From an uncultured Bacteroidota bacterium (GTDB lineage Bacteria > Bacteroidota > Ignavibacteria > Kryptoniales > JAKASW01): a DNA stretch of 64,000 nucleotides. The notes under the pieces are model-generated. The model saw only the letters and a program-made list of their open reading frames with translations, ran no database searches and had not been told where the DNA came from. The translations under genes and the position numbers were made by a program. Where the stretch lies: the NCBI GenBank assembly GCA_963808245.1, contig CAWEES010000002.1, forward strand, positions 113,676 to 177,675, given 5' to 3'. Shown here in pieces: positions 20,495 through 31,904 of the stretch; the first letter of the stretch is position 1; every line of letters begins with the position of its first letter.

Positions 20495-23179
20495 ATGAAC
20501 CCAAATAAACTTACAGTAAAATCTCAAGAAGCATTGGAAGCCGCAAGGTCAATTGCGGAAGAAAATGGTAACCAGGCAATTGAGCCCGAACATCTTCTTT
20601 TGGCTCTTTTGCGCGATGACGAGGGAATCCCCGCATCAATTCTAAAGAAAGCCGGAGCAAACCTCGATTATATCAGGTCGAAGACGGATGAGTCCGTAAA
20701 GAAATTTCCGAAAATTTCCGGCGGCGGAGTTTCAAATCAATACATTTCGCAACCTCTTGCAAAAGTTCTCGACGCGTCTGAAAGAGAATCCGTTCAGATG
20801 AGAGATGAGTTCGTGAGTACAGAGCACATTTTGCTCGCCTTTCTCGTCGAAAAAAGTACAGATTCCTTCAAGATCTTAACGGCGCAAGGAATCGACCGCG
20901 ACCTGGTGTTGAAAGCTCTGCGTGAAATTCGCGGGACACAAAGAGTGACGGATCAAACTCCCGAAGAGAAATACCAATCCCTGCAAAAGTTTGGACGGGA
21001 TTTGACCGATCTTGCAAGGAAAGGGAAATTAGATCCGGTCATTGGACGCGACGACGAGATAAGGAGGGTGTTGCAGGTTCTCGCAAGAAGGACAAAAAAT
21101 AATCCTGTCCTAATAGGAGATCCCGGTGTCGGAAAGACCGCCGTTGTCGAGGGTATCGCGAGGAGAATCGCAAGCGGTGACGTTCCGGATGGACTCAAGT
21201 CGAAACGAATTGTCGAACTGGACATGGGCAGTTTGGTCGCCGGTACATCCTTTCGAGGACAGTTCGAAGACAGGCTGAAATCGATCATCAAAGAAGTTGT
21301 CGAATCCGAAGGCGAGATCATTCTCTTCATGGATGAGCTTCACACTCTGGTCGGAGCAGGCGCCGTCCAGGGTTCCGTCGACGCTTCAAATATGTTGAAG
21401 CCTGCACTTGCGCGAGGAGAGCTTAGAGCGATTGGTGCCACGACGATAAACGAATACCGGAAATATATCGAGAAAGATCCTGCTTTGGAAAGAAGGTTCC
21501 AGCCAATCATGATCGACGAGCCGTCCATTGAAGATACAATTTCAATTCTCCGTGGCTTGAAGGAAAGATACGAAGTACATCACGGCGTTCGCATAACCGA
21601 TGGAGCAATTGTTGCAGCCGCGCAACTGAGCAATCGCTATATAACGGAGAGGTTTCTTCCTGACAAAGCGATAGATTTGATAGACGAAGCCGCTTCAAAA
21701 CTCAGGATCGAGATGGATTCCTTGCCGGAAGAACTTGATGAAGTTGAAAGAAAAATCAAACAGCTTGAAATCGAGAAGGAAGCAGTTAGGCGTGAGAAAG
21801 ACGAAGAATCGCTAAAACGTCTGCAGATTATTGAACGGGAGCTTGCTGACCTGCGTGAACAAAGCGGAAAACTGAGAGCTCATTGGCAAATCGAAAAGGA
21901 TCTCATCCAATCCATCCAGAAATCGAAAGAGGAGATCGAGAAACTTAAAATAGATGCAGACAAAGCCGAACGGCAAGGCGATCTTGGAAAAGTAGCAGAG
22001 ATCAGGTACGGAAGAATCATCGAGCTTGAAAAAAAAATGAAGGAATCTTCCAAGCGTCTTGGTGAAGTTCAGATTAAGAGCAAGATGCTTAAAGAGGAAG
22101 TGGACTCTGAGGATATTGCGGAAATCGTTTCGCGATGGACCGGAATTCCAGTATCCCGCATGCTCGAAAGTGAAAGGACCAAACTACTTCATATCGAAGA
22201 GAAGATTCACGAACGCCTCGTCGACCAGGAAGAAGCCGTTTCCGCGGTTGCAAATGCGGTACGGCGCGCGCGCGCAGGGCTTCAGGATGAGAAAAGGCCT
22301 ATTGGTTCCTTTATCTTCATCGGCTCAACCGGTGTTGGAAAAACAGAATTGGCGCGTGCACTTGCAGAAACTCTTTTCGATGATGAAGATGCCATGGTAC
22401 GCATTGATATGTCCGAGTATACCGAAAAATTTTCGGTATCCCGATTAATGGGAGCGCCTCCCGGCTATGTCGGATACGAAGAGGGAGGACAATTAACGGA
22501 AGCCGTCCGCAGAAAGCCCTATTCCGTAGTTCTCCTGGACGAAATAGAAAAGGCTCATCCTGAAGTCTTCAACGTTCTCCTTCAGGTTTTGGATGAGGGG
22601 AGGCTCACGGACAGCAAGGGAAGGACCGTGAATTTCAAAAACACGATCATAATCATGACTTCCAATCTTGGTTCACAACTGGTTCAACAGAAAATTGAGA
22701 CGACCACTGAGCGGAACCGTAACGAGATGATGGAGACTCTACGAATCGATCTTTTCAATCTACTGAAGCAAACCATTCGTCCCGAGTTCCTCAACAGGAT
22801 CGACGAGATCATCGTGTTCAAGCCACTTACAAGAAATGAAATTCGAAGCATTGTAGACCGGCAGCTTGTCAGAATAGTTTCGAGAATAAGCGAGAACAAC
22901 AACATTACGTTGAAAGTTAGCGAACGGACAAAACTTTTTTTGGCGGATGCCGGATACGATCCGACATTCGGCGCACGGCCGCTGAAGAGAACGATACAAA
23001 AATACGTTTCCAATCCACTTGCTGAGAAAGTCCTTGCCGGAGAATTTACGCCGGGGGACTCGATTGAAATTGATATCCCCGAAACCGGCAAGTTGGAATT
23101 CAATAAAGTTAATGGAAAAGAGGAAGCCTCCTCCCGCAAAAGATCCGGATCGTTGCCGCCCGCTAAAGCTGTCAAATAA
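20495..23179 (+). CDS. clpB: ATP-dependent chaperone/disaggregase ClpB
   Basis: Clp N-domain. Two AAA+ modules (GDPGVGKTA and GSTGVGKTE Walker A motifs). A long coiled-coil middle domain between them distinguishes ClpB from ClpA/C. Confidence 0.97.
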   Translation: MNPNKLTVKSQEALEAARSIAEENGNQAIEPEHLLLALLRDDEGIPASILKKAGANLDYIRSKTDESVKKFPKISGGGVSNQYISQPLAKVLDASERESVQMRDEFVSTEHILLAFLVEKSTDSFKILTAQGIDRDLVLKALREIRGTQRVTDQTPEEKYQSLQKFGRDLTDLARKGKLDPVIGRDDEIRRVLQVLARRTKNNPVLIGDPGVGKTAVVEGIARRIASGDVPDGLKSKRIVELDMGSLVAGTSFRGQFEDRLKSIIKEVVESEGEIILFMDELHTLVGAGAVQGSVDASNMLKPALARGELRAIGATTINEYRKYIEKDPALERRFQPIMIDEPSIEDTISILRGLKERYEVHHGVRITDGAIVAAAQLSNRYITERFLPDKAIDLIDEAASKLRIEMDSLPEELDEVERKIKQLEIEKEAVRREKDEESLKRLQIIERELADLREQSGKLRAHWQIEKDLIQSIQKSKEEIEKLKIDADKAERQGDLGKVAEIRYGRIIELEKKMKESSKRLGEVQIKSKMLKEEVDSEDIAEIVSRWTGIPVSRMLESERTKLLHIEEKIHERLVDQEEAVSAVANAVRRARAGLQDEKRPIGSFIFIGSTGVGKTELARALAETLFDDEDAMVRIDMSEYTEKFSVSRLMGAPPGYVGYEEGGQLTEAVRRKPYSVVLLDEIEKAHPEVFNVLLQVLDEGRLTDSKGRTVNFKNTIIIMTSNLGSQLVQQKIETTTERNRNEMMETLRIDLFNLLKQTIRPEFLNRIDEIIVFKPLTRNEIRSIVDRQLVRIVSRISENNNITLKVSERTKLFLADAGYDPTFGARPLKRTIQKYVSNPLAEKVLAGEFTPGDSIEIDIPETGKLEFNKVNGKEEASSRKRSGSLPPAKAVK

Positions 23180-23196
23180 GATTTAATATCTCTCCA

Positions 23197-23235
23197 AAAG
23201 CCCGTCGAAAGTAACGCCGACGGGCTTTCTCTTTT
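23197..23235 (+). terminator. Rho-independent terminator after clpB
   Basis: An 11-bp stem AAAGCCCGTCG / CGACGGGCTTT (23197-23207 / 23218-23228) with a 10-nt loop, followed by CTCTTTTT. Confidence 0.8.
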
Positions 23236-23312
23236 TAAAGGAAGGCGATAATCATTACACCCCTCGAAATTCTTGCATTTCTGTAAAAAAATCAGCATTT
23301 TTATATAAAAAA

Positions 23313-23900
23313 GTGGCACGAAAAGCATTCTTCAACCGCAATACTAAAGAGACGAAGATTTCCTGTTCCCTTAATTTGGATGGAAAAGGAAAGTTTCAAA
23401 TCTCAACTGGCATCAAATTCTTCAATCATATGCTCGAACTTTTTGCAAAACACAGCCTCATCGACATTGAACTCAAGGCAAAAGGTGACGTCGACGTGGA
23501 TGACCACCACACAATCGAAGATGTTGCAATAGTGCTCGGGAAGTGTATTGAAAAAGCTCTTGCCGATAAGTCGGGAATAAACCGATACGGCACGGCGTTC
23601 GTCCCGATGGACGAATCGTTAGCTAGGTGCGTTCTCGACCTTTCGGGACGAGGCGCTTGCGTCTTCAATGCTGAATTCTCTCGAGCAAAGATAAACGATC
23701 TATCGGCTGAGATGATTGAGCACTTCTTCAAATCGATTGCGGAAAACTTGAAAGCAAATCTTCATATAGAACTTATTTATGGAAAAAATAATCATCACCG
23801 TAGTGAAGCGATTTTCAAATCATTCGCGCTTGCGCTGAGGGAAGCTGTAACAATCAATCCCCGAATCTCCGGCGTCCAGTCGACGAAAGGAAAACTATAA
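23313..23900 (+). CDS. hisB: imidazoleglycerol-phosphate dehydratase (monofunctional)
   Basis: RNTKETKI, DDHHTIEDVAIVLG, GKNNHHRSEAIFKSFALAL motifs. GTG start. Confidence 0.9.
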   Translation: MARKAFFNRNTKETKISCSLNLDGKGKFQISTGIKFFNHMLELFAKHSLIDIELKAKGDVDVDDHHTIEDVAIVLGKCIEKALADKSGINRYGTAFVPMDESLARCVLDLSGRGACVFNAEFSRAKINDLSAEMIEHFFKSIAENLKANLHIELIYGKNNHHRSEAIFKSFALALREAVTINPRISGVQSTKGKL

Positions 23901-23901
23901 T

Positions 23902-24738
23902 ATGTTGAATTCGAAAAAGATCGGAGTTATAGGCGCAGGCCACATTGGCGCTGCAGTTATCGGCGGATTACTAAGGGCGAAATTAACTTCGGCAAAAAAT
24001 ATTACGGCCTCACGAAGAAATGAAGCAAACCTTGTTGAGCTCGCAAGAAGTTTCAGTATCCACACGACAACCGACAACAAAAAGGTTGCGAAGTCTTCAG
24101 ATATCATTGTATTAGCTGTAAAGCCCATGAATTCCAGGGAAGTGTTGAATGAGATCAAAGAATTTGTAAGACCATCTCAGCTTATTATAAGCGTAATGGC
24201 AGGGATAAAAACTTCTTTCATAAATTCTTCGCTCGGAGTTTCATGTCCGGTTATCCGCTCAATGCCGAACACTCCGGTTCTGGTTGATGCCGGCGCCACA
24301 GCAATAAGTAAAGGGGAGTTCGCCAGCGAAGAAGACCTTAAGATCGCTCACGCCATATTCAAATCCGTCGGCACTGTTGAAGTGGTTCCGGAGAATCTCC
24401 TCGATGCGGTCACCGGACTGAGCGGAAGCGGACCGGCGTATATTTATATGGTCATAGAAGCGATGACTGACGGCGGAGTTAAGATGGGAATACCGAGGCA
24501 GATCGCCTTCAAACTCGCGGCGCAGACCGTTTTCGGTGCGGCAAAGCTTGTGATCGAAACGGGGAAGCATCCGGCAATTCTCAAAGACGAAGTTACTACT
24601 CCCGGGGGGACGGCAATAGCGGCGGTGCACGAACTTGAAACTCACGGCTTGAGAACAATGTTAATCAACGCCGTATCGACGGCGACAATCCGAAGCAAAG
24701 AACTAAGCAAAATAATCGAAGAGAATGACACCCTGTAA
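23902..24738 (+). CDS. proC: pyrroline-5-carboxylate reductase
   Basis: Rossmann N-terminus IGVIGAGHIGAAV. VKP...V..EI and SMPNTPVLV motifs. C-terminal dimerisation motif VTTPGGTAIAAVHELE. Confidence 0.85.
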   Translation: MLNSKKIGVIGAGHIGAAVIGGLLRAKLTSAKNITASRRNEANLVELARSFSIHTTTDNKKVAKSSDIIVLAVKPMNSREVLNEIKEFVRPSQLIISVMAGIKTSFINSSLGVSCPVIRSMPNTPVLVDAGATAISKGEFASEEDLKIAHAIFKSVGTVEVVPENLLDAVTGLSGSGPAYIYMVIEAMTDGGVKMGIPRQIAFKLAAQTVFGAAKLVIETGKHPAILKDEVTTPGGTAIAAVHELETHGLRTMLINAVSTATIRSKELSKIIEENDTL

Positions 24739-25333
24739 AATAACGATTGTTGATTACCGAACGAGTAACCTGCTATCGATTGCAAAAGCTTTGCAGGCGG
24801 TTGGAGCAATCGTCGAGATGACCAGCAAGCCGGAAGAAATTGCGAATGCCGAGAGATTGGTTTTACCGGGAGTTGGAGCTTTCGGCGCCGCAATTAGAAA
24901 TATGGAAACGTTGGGAATTAAACAGTCTATCACCGAGTTCGGAAAAAGTGGAAAGCCGCTTATTGGCATATGCCTCGGGATGCAATTACTTTTTTCCGTG
25001 AGCTTCGAACTTGGAATCAACGCTGGTCTCAATTTGATACCGGGCGATGTTGTCGCATTTAATTCGTCGTTGAAGGTTCCACACATGGGATGGAACAAGG
25101 TCGAGTTTATGAAGCCATCAAGACTTTTCCGTGACCTGGAAGAGAGCCAGTATGCGTACTTCGTACACTCATATTACGCAAAGCCCGACGACAGTTACGT
25201 TTCCGGCATGACTGAGTACGGCGTTCGGTTTCCCTCGATAGTGGAGAACGGAAATGTTTTCGGCATTCAATTCCACCCTGAGAAAAGTCAGAGTTTCGGT
25301 TTAAAGATTTTACAAAACTTTTTGAAAGCGTAA
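24725..25333 (+). CDS. hisH: imidazole glycerol phosphate synthase, glutaminase subunit
   Basis: LPGVGAFG, catalytic GICLGMQLL, HMGWN and FGIQFHPEKS motifs. Confidence 0.9.
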   Translation: MTPCKITIVDYRTSNLLSIAKALQAVGAIVEMTSKPEEIANAERLVLPGVGAFGAAIRNMETLGIKQSITEFGKSGKPLIGICLGMQLLFSVSFELGINAGLNLIPGDVVAFNSSLKVPHMGWNKVEFMKPSRLFRDLEESQYAYFVHSYYAKPDDSYVSGMTEYGVRFPSIVENGNVFGIQFHPEKSQSFGLKILQNFLKA

Positions 25334-26098
25334 ATGATTCTGGTAATTCCGGCAATAGATTTACGACACGGCAAGTGCGTGCGCCTGGTTCGCGGTGAAG
25401 CCGGGACGGAAAAAATATATTCCGACGACCCCGTAAAAATGGCAACCATTTGGCGGGGCGAAAACTTTAAAACGCTGCACGTTGTCGATCTGGATGGCGC
25501 ATTTGAAGGGAAACTTTCAAATTTTAACGCGTTAAAATCCATCGTTGATGCCGTCGATATTCCCGTAGAATACGGAGGAGGCGTGAGAACTTATGAAGAC
25601 GCCAAGAAAGTAATAGATGCCGGGGTTTATCGTGTTATTATTGGTACCGCTGCGATCACTGACGAAGATTTGCTCCTGAGGCTTTTAAGAGATTTTGGGC
25701 CGCGAAGGATTGCCGCAGGGATTGATATGAGAGACGGCATCGTGCAAGTGAAAGGATGGAAAGATTCCAGCGGTATTTCTTCAATCGATCTGGGAAAAAA
25801 ATTGAAAACCTACGGGATCGTTCGGGTGGTCTATACTGATATCACACGCGATGGAACATTAAGAGGACCGAATATTGAAGCGATGAAAGCATTTGGAGTT
25901 GAAACCGGTCTTCGTGTGACCGCATCAGGAGGCGTATCTTCGTACCAGGATTTACTTAAACTTCAAGAGCTAGAGCAGTTCGGAGTTGATTCTATAATTG
26001 TCGGAAAAGCGCTTTACGAAAATAGATTTCCGTGTGTCGATTTGTGGAGACACAACGAAAAAGTGTTGGACGATCTCGGCCCAACGAGACGAAGTTAG
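25334..26098 (+). CDS. hisA: 1-(5-phosphoribosyl)-5-[(5-phosphoribosylamino)methylideneamino]imidazole-4-carboxamide isomerase
   Basis: IPAIDLRHGKCVRL, LHVVDLDGA, GGGVR, YTDITRDGTL, ASGGVSS and GKALYE motifs. Confidence 0.9.
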   Translation: MILVIPAIDLRHGKCVRLVRGEAGTEKIYSDDPVKMATIWRGENFKTLHVVDLDGAFEGKLSNFNALKSIVDAVDIPVEYGGGVRTYEDAKKVIDAGVYRVIIGTAAITDEDLLLRLLRDFGPRRIAAGIDMRDGIVQVKGWKDSSGISSIDLGKKLKTYGIVRVVYTDITRDGTLRGPNIEAMKAFGVETGLRVTASGGVSSYQDLLKLQELEQFGVDSIIVGKALYENRFPCVDLWRHNEKVLDDLGPTRRS

Positions 26099-26929
26099 AT
26101 GCTCGCTAAACGCATTATTCCATGCCTCGATGTAAATTGTGGCAGAGTTGTTAAAGGAGTGAACTTTGTTAACCTGACCGATGCTGGCGATCCGGTTGAA
26201 TCGGCAAAGTTTTATGAGCAGGAAGGAGCCGATGAGATAGTATTTCTCGATATTACGGCTAGCGTCGATAACAGAGCTACAATGCTGAGCGTTGTGCGGA
26301 AAACGGCGGAAAGTGTGTTCATTCCGTTCAGCGTCGGTGGAGGAATTAGATCCGTGGATGACATTAGAGGCATCCTTTCAAATGGAGCCGATAAAGTCAG
26401 CCTTAATACTGCTGCGGTGTTAAAACCCGACCTTATTTCGGAAGGTGCCGAAGAGTTTGGAGTGCAGTGCATCGTCGTCGCGATCGACTCAACACGAAAT
26501 AGCCTCCAGCAAGATGCAAATGGTGTTCCCCTGCCGGCCGCACTTGATCACATGAAGATCGCAGAAGTCGAGACCCCTTCCGGCTACGAAGTTTATATTA
26601 ACGGAGGAAGGACGCCGACAAAGCTCGATGCCGTTGAATGGGCTAAATACGTTGTTGCTCATGGAGCAGGCGAAATCTTATTGACCAGCATTGACAAAGA
26701 CGGGACGAACAGCGGGTACGAGATAGACATTTTGCAAAAGGTGACCAAAGCAGTGAATGTGCCCGTGATAGCGAGCGGCGGAGCCGGCAGCCTCAATCAT
26801 TTTTATGACGCAATAAATCTTGGAGGGGCAGACGCTGTCCTTGCCGCGTCCGTTTTCCATTTCGGCAAATTTAAAATCAAGGAAGTAAAGAACTACTTAT
26901 CCGAAAAAGGTGTTGCGGTAAGATTATGA
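26099..26929 (+). CDS. hisF: imidazole glycerol phosphate synthase, cyclase subunit
   Basis: [51 protein letters not shown] and ASGGAG motifs. Confidence 0.92.
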   Translation: MLAKRIIPCLDVNCGRVVKGVNFVNLTDAGDPVESAKFYEQEGADEIVFLDITASVDNRATMLSVVRKTAESVFIPFSVGGGIRSVDDIRGILSNGADKVSLNTAAVLKPDLISEGAEEFGVQCIVVAIDSTRNSLQQDANGVPLPAALDHMKIAEVETPSGYEVYINGGRTPTKLDAVEWAKYVVAHGAGEILLTSIDKDGTNSGYEIDILQKVTKAVNVPVIASGGAGSLNHFYDAINLGGADAVLAASVFHFGKFKIKEVKNYLSEKGVAVRL

Positions 26930-27330
26930 AGAACATAGATGAGGTAATCAACAGGTTGAAGTTTGACGATGATGGTTTAATCACCGCAGTGGCACAGGAT
27001 TATAGAACAGGCGAAGTTCTTATGCTCGCGCACATGAATTCTGAAAGCTTCAAAAAGACCGTTGAGAGTGGACAGGCGGTTTATTGGAGCAGGTCAAGGA
27101 AGAAACTCTGGCACAAGGGAGAAGTGTCAGGGAATGTGCAAAATATTAAAGACATTCTCATTGATTGCGACGGAGATGCTTTAGTTTTAAAAGTTGAACA
27201 GGTCGGTGGAGCAGCTTGTCATACCGGCAACCGTTCCTGCTTTTCAACAAAAGTTCAGGACGGAAAACCGGTTGAGGTCGGGACCAAAATATTCGATCCA
27301 GGGAAAGTTTACAAACATAAAGGTGAGTGA
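26926..27330 (+). CDS. hisI: phosphoribosyl-AMP cyclohydrolase (monofunctional, no HisE fusion)
   Basis: [49 protein letters not shown] and [10 protein letters not shown] motifs. Confidence 0.88.
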   Translation: MKNIDEVINRLKFDDDGLITAVAQDYRTGEVLMLAHMNSESFKKTVESGQAVYWSRSRKKLWHKGEVSGNVQNIKDILIDCDGDALVLKVEQVGGAACHTGNRSCFSTKVQDGKPVEVGTKIFDPGKVYKHKGE

Positions 27331-27794
27331 TGGCAAAACCAAAAGTAGCTATCCTGATTGGAAGTAAATCCGATGAACCTGCTATTTCTGAGGCGTTTGC
27401 TTATTTGGATTACTTTGGAATCGAGCATGAGCTGCATGTTTTGAGCGCCCATCGGAATCCGAAAGAAACCGCTGAGTTCGCTTCAACTGCAGAAAAGAAT
27501 GGTTATAGTCTGCTGATCGCGGGTGCAGGCATGGCGGCTCACCTACCGGGAGTTGTTGCAAGCCTGACAATCCTTCCGGTTATCGGAGTACCCCTAAGCG
27601 GCTCGGAACTCGCCGGGGTCGACGCATTGTATTCAATTGTACAGATGCCGCCGGGAATTCCTGTCGCAACAGTCGCAATCGGAAAAGCAGGTGCAAAAAA
27701 CGCCGGAGTTCTCGCTGCGGAAATTATCGGATTATCAAACAAAGATGTTAAACAGAAATTAATCGAATTCAGATCGAAAGGATCGAAACTGTGA
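27327..27794 (+). CDS. purE: 5-(carboxyamino)imidazole ribonucleotide mutase
   Basis: [33 protein letters not shown] and PVIGVPL motifs. Confidence 0.9.
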   Translation: MMAKPKVAILIGSKSDEPAISEAFAYLDYFGIEHELHVLSAHRNPKETAEFASTAEKNGYSLLIAGAGMAAHLPGVVASLTILPVIGVPLSGSELAGVDALYSIVQMPPGIPVATVAIGKAGAKNAGVLAAEIIGLSNKDVKQKLIEFRSKGSKL

Positions 27795-27893
27795 AGGTTG
27801 CCGCCTTCCGGGAATCTCCAACGGATACGATTCAAAAGAAGAACCTGAAAACCTTAGAGCAGTGGAACAAGTATGCTGGCTGGGTCGCACCGC

Positions 27894-28808
27894 ATGCCTG
27901 AAAGAATACTCATTACGGGTGCGAGTGGACTACTCGGTCAGAAGATCGTCGATATATTTAGAAGAGAATCCGAATATGAACTCATTCCGTGCGATTTGGT
28001 GAAGAACAAAGAAGATGGATTGAGCCTTGATATCACCGATCATCAGAAAGTTATGGATGTTGTGGGATCTTACAGGCCTTCAGTTATAATTAACGCGGCA
28101 GCATTTACGAATGTGGATTTAGCGGAGACTGAAAAGGAAGTGGCGTATAAGATAAACGCGACAGCGGTCGGTCATCTTGCAGACGCAGCAAATGTTTTCA
28201 ACGCCAAGCTGGTACATGTTTCAACTGATTATGTCTTCGATGGAAAAAAGGGGGGATACTCCGAAGAGTCCCTCCCTGAACCGATCAATTACTACGGAAA
28301 AACAAAGCTGGCAGGAGAAAATCTTGTCAAATCAAAACTTGAGGACTTTGCAATTCTCAGGACACAAGTTCTCTATGGATTTGAAAAGAATATCAAAAAG
28401 AATTTCGTATTGTGGGTGATCGAGAAATTGAAAAAACATGAAACCATCAACGTTGTCGACGATCAGGTAGGTAATCCGACTCTGGCAGATGAATTAGCTT
28501 TTGCCATATTAAAAGTATGCCAGAAGAATTCTACCGGCTTGTATCATGTCTCAGGCTATGAGACGATTTCTCGATACGGATTCGCATCTAGAATTGCGGA
28601 AGTTTTTGGTTTGGATTTTTCTTTTGTAAGGATGATAAAATCTGATGACCTGGTACAAACCGCAAGAAGACCGCAGAACTCCAGCTTCATCTGCCTGAAA
28701 GCCCAAACGGAACTTGGCATCAATATGCCGCCGGTTACTGATTCTCTTTCCCAGATGAAACAACAGATGAAAGTTGCCGGCACGTTCGGTCCGCTCAATC
28801 ATAACTAA
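27894..28808 (+). CDS. rfbD: dTDP-4-dehydrorhamnose reductase
   Basis: ILITGASGLLG Rossmann motif, VINAAAFTNVD, STDYVFDG and YGKTKLAGE (YxxxK) motifs. I prefer the ATG at 27894 (MPERILITG) over 27873. Confidence 0.75.
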   Translation: MPERILITGASGLLGQKIVDIFRRESEYELIPCDLVKNKEDGLSLDITDHQKVMDVVGSYRPSVIINAAAFTNVDLAETEKEVAYKINATAVGHLADAANVFNAKLVHVSTDYVFDGKKGGYSEESLPEPINYYGKTKLAGENLVKSKLEDFAILRTQVLYGFEKNIKKNFVLWVIEKLKKHETINVVDDQVGNPTLADELAFAILKVCQKNSTGLYHVSGYETISRYGFASRIAEVFGLDFSFVRMIKSDDLVQTARRPQNSSFICLKAQTELGINMPPVTDSLSQMKQQMKVAGTFGPLNHN

Positions 28809-28819
28809 TGTGAGAACAA

Positions 28820-30100
28820 ATGCTTGATCTAAAGTACATCCGGGAAAACCCGGAAGTTGTAAGAGAAGCCATTAAAAAGAAACACGAAAAAGATCGTCTC
28901 GATGAGATTTTAGAACTCGACGGAAAGAGAAGAGGTCTCGTCCAAAAATCCGAGGTAATAAAAAGCGAACGAAATAAAGTCGCAGATGAAGTTGCCAGAA
29001 TGAAACGACAAGGTCAGGATTCTTCTGCTCTCATTGCCGCAGGTAAAGAGAAGGGAGACCTCCTGAAGTCGCTCGAAGAAGATCTGAGAGTCGTAGAACA
29101 AAAACTTAATGATCTTATCTTGTATGTTCCAAATATACCTCATCCTTCTGTCCCGGCTGGAAACAACTCTAAGGACAATGTGGAAGTAAGGAAATGGGGA
29201 GATTCGACAAAAAATTTCGACTTCAAGCCGCTTGATCATTTGAGTCTTGGGGAAAAATTAGGGATACTCGATTTTAACAGAGGAAGCAAGATCACTGGCG
29301 CCGGTTTTCCGGTTTATGTCGGAAAAGGAGCCGCACTTGAGAGAGCTTTGATAAACTTTATGCTCGATTTGCATGTTAATAAACATGGATACACAGAAGT
29401 ATTCCCGCCCTTTGTCGTGAACCAAGCGTCAATGCGCGGAACAGGTCAACTACCAAGGATGGCTGAAGACATGTATCACTGTGAAATTGATGATCTTTAT
29501 TTAGTGCCGACGGCAGAGGTCCCGGTGACGAATATGCACCGCGATGAAATACTTCCCGTTGAGCAGCTACCGATGAAATACGCAGCATATTCTGCATGCT
29601 TCAGAAGAGAAGCAGGAAGCTGGGGAAAAGAATCCCGTGGATTCTTGAGAGTGCACCAGTTCAATAAAGTGGAACTTGTAAAATTTGCCAGACCGGAAGA
29701 ATCTTATGATGAACTTGAAAAACTTGTTGTAGACGTTGAGGATGTACTCCAGTTGTTGAATATTCCATACAGGGTAATGCTTCTTTGCAATGGAGACTTA
29801 AGTTTCTCGGCGGCGAAATGTTACGACATCGAAGTCTTTGCGCCGGCTGCCGAAGTCAGAAACGGCTGGCTGGAAGCATCGAGCTGCTCGAACTTTGAAA
29901 GTTTTCAAGCACGCCGTGCGAACATCAAGTTCAAAAGGGATCCAAAGTCAAAACCGGAATTTGTCCACACGTTAAATGGATCAGGGCTTGCGACATCGAG
30001 ATTGATGGTTGCGCTTCTTGAAAATTACCAGACGCCGGAAGGAAAGGTTATCGTGCCAAAGGCACTTCACGAATATACAAAATTCACCGTGATAGGCTGA
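28820..30100 (+). CDS. serS: seryl-tRNA synthetase
   Basis: [13 protein letters not shown]-terminus and a long coiled-coil arm. Class II motifs: [25 protein letters not shown]. Confidence 0.93.
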   Translation: MLDLKYIRENPEVVREAIKKKHEKDRLDEILELDGKRRGLVQKSEVIKSERNKVADEVARMKRQGQDSSALIAAGKEKGDLLKSLEEDLRVVEQKLNDLILYVPNIPHPSVPAGNNSKDNVEVRKWGDSTKNFDFKPLDHLSLGEKLGILDFNRGSKITGAGFPVYVGKGAALERALINFMLDLHVNKHGYTEVFPPFVVNQASMRGTGQLPRMAEDMYHCEIDDLYLVPTAEVPVTNMHRDEILPVEQLPMKYAAYSACFRREAGSWGKESRGFLRVHQFNKVELVKFARPEESYDELEKLVVDVEDVLQLLNIPYRVMLLCNGDLSFSAAKCYDIEVFAPAAEVRNGWLEASSCSNFESFQARRANIKFKRDPKSKPEFVHTLNGSGLATSRLMVALLENYQTPEGKVIVPKALHEYTKFTVIG

Positions 30101-30103
30101 ACC

Positions 30104-31849
30104 ATGAAAGCGCTTCTTCGTTTGCTGCCGTATCTAAAAAAATATAAGAGGACACTAATCCTTGGTCTGCTGACGGTAGTATTATCGAATATTTTCGGCA
30201 ACTTCGTCCCTCTGATCATAGGAAGTGCTATCGACCAGTTGAAATCATCACCCACATCCCGGGAACTAATAGAATATGCCGCCCTCATTATCAGCTTAAT
30301 ATTTCTCAGCGGTTTTTTCACTTTCCTGACCAGGCAGACAATAATCGTGACTTCACGCAAGACCGAATTTGATCTTGTTAACAGTTTTTATTCCCATATC
30401 CAAAAGCTTTCCTATCCTTTCTTTCTGAATATCCCGACTGGCGACTTGATGGCCCATGCGACTAATGATATATCCGCCGTTCGAAACGTCCTTGGTCCGG
30501 GAATCATGTACACCTCCGACACCATCACCGGTTTTATCATGGTGATCACGATAATGTTTTCTATCAACGTAAAACTTACACTCTATTCGCTGATCCCTCT
30601 CCCGTTTGTTTCAGCCGCAGTTTATTACATCGGACGACTTGTAAATCGACACTTTGAAGATGTGCAGGCACAGTACAGTCTCCTGACGGCGAGGGCACAG
30701 GAGAGTATTTCGGGCGTACGGATTGTTCGCTCATATGTCAGAGAAGATTATGAAACGGACAGGTTTAAATTACTGAGTCACAATTATCTCAAGAAGAACC
30801 TGATACTTGCACAGGTCCAATCAATTTTGTGGCCCCTTATGGGAATATTGACGGGGGCTGCAACAGTTATCGTAATATGGGTAGGTGGATTGGACGTAAT
30901 TTACAAAACACTATCCCTGGGCACGATGGTCTCGTTCCTGATTTACCTCACTTTGCTGACGTGGCCGCTGATAGCATTCGGATGGGTCATAAATATTTTC
31001 CAGCGCGGCGCCGCTTCCATGGGAAGGCTTAACAAAATTTTTGATACACCCCCTGAAATAAAGGACACCGAAGAGACCGACCACTCAATTAACGAGATCG
31101 AAGGAAAAATCTTATTCAAAGATGTTTCCTTCCGCTTTCCATCAAAAGAATATGATGCACTAAGGGACATCGATCTCGAAATAGAAAAAGGGACCACGCT
31201 TGCAATTGTCGGAAGAACCGGCACGGGCAAATCGACTCTCGTGAATCTCATCCCTCGACTTCTTGAGAGCACCTCCGGCGAAATCTTGATCGATGGAATC
31301 CCGATAAAAAGAATACCTCTTGAGGCCTTGAGAAGAAGCATCGGATATGTTCAACAGGAAACATTCCTTTTCTCGGATACGATAGCAAATAATATTGCTT
31401 ATGGAATTGAGCGCGCAACGCGGGAAGATATCGAATGGGCGGCAAGAGTATCTCAAATCCAAAAGGATATCGATACATTCCCGCACAAGTTCGACACGCT
31501 TGTGGGCGAGAGAGGAATCACATTATCCGGCGGCCAGAAACAAAGAGTAGGAATAGCGAGGGCGATCATGCGAAAGCCGAGTATATTGATTCTGGACGAT
31601 GCGCTTTCTGCAGTCGATACATATACTGAGGAAGAAATCTTATCCCAGTTGAAACAGGTGATGAAAGAGAGAACAAGCATTATCATAAGTCACCGGATAT
31701 CGACGGTCAAGGATGCAGACACGATAATCGTGCTGGAAGACGGGACAATAACAGAATCTGGAACTCACGAATCGCTCGTTCTAAAAGACGGAACATATGC
31801 TGACCTTTACCAGCGCCAGCTGCTCGAAGATGAGTTGCAGAGGATGTGA
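30104..31849 (+). CDS. ABC exporter half-transporter (TMD-NBD), degenerate-site partner
   Basis: Six-helix TMD followed by an NBD. Walker A is GRTGTGKST and the signature is LSGGQKQR. Walker B is ILILDD followed by A, so Asp (31598-31600) sits where the catalytic Glu normally is. Confidence 0.85.
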   Translation: MKALLRLLPYLKKYKRTLILGLLTVVLSNIFGNFVPLIIGSAIDQLKSSPTSRELIEYAALIISLIFLSGFFTFLTRQTIIVTSRKTEFDLVNSFYSHIQKLSYPFFLNIPTGDLMAHATNDISAVRNVLGPGIMYTSDTITGFIMVITIMFSINVKLTLYSLIPLPFVSAAVYYIGRLVNRHFEDVQAQYSLLTARAQESISGVRIVRSYVREDYETDRFKLLSHNYLKKNLILAQVQSILWPLMGILTGAATVIVIWVGGLDVIYKTLSLGTMVSFLIYLTLLTWPLIAFGWVINIFQRGAASMGRLNKIFDTPPEIKDTEETDHSINEIEGKILFKDVSFRFPSKEYDALRDIDLEIEKGTTLAIVGRTGTGKSTLVNLIPRLLESTSGEILIDGIPIKRIPLEALRRSIGYVQQETFLFSDTIANNIAYGIERATREDIEWAARVSQIQKDIDTFPHKFDTLVGERGITLSGGQKQRVGIARAIMRKPSILILDDALSAVDTYTEEEILSQLKQVMKERTSIIISHRISTVKDADTIIVLEDGTITESGTHESLVLKDGTYADLYQRQLLEDELQRM

Positions 31850-31904
31850 TTTGAAATCGGGAATAAAGAATTCTGAGCCGTCCGCGAAAACCAAGAAATG
31901 AAAT

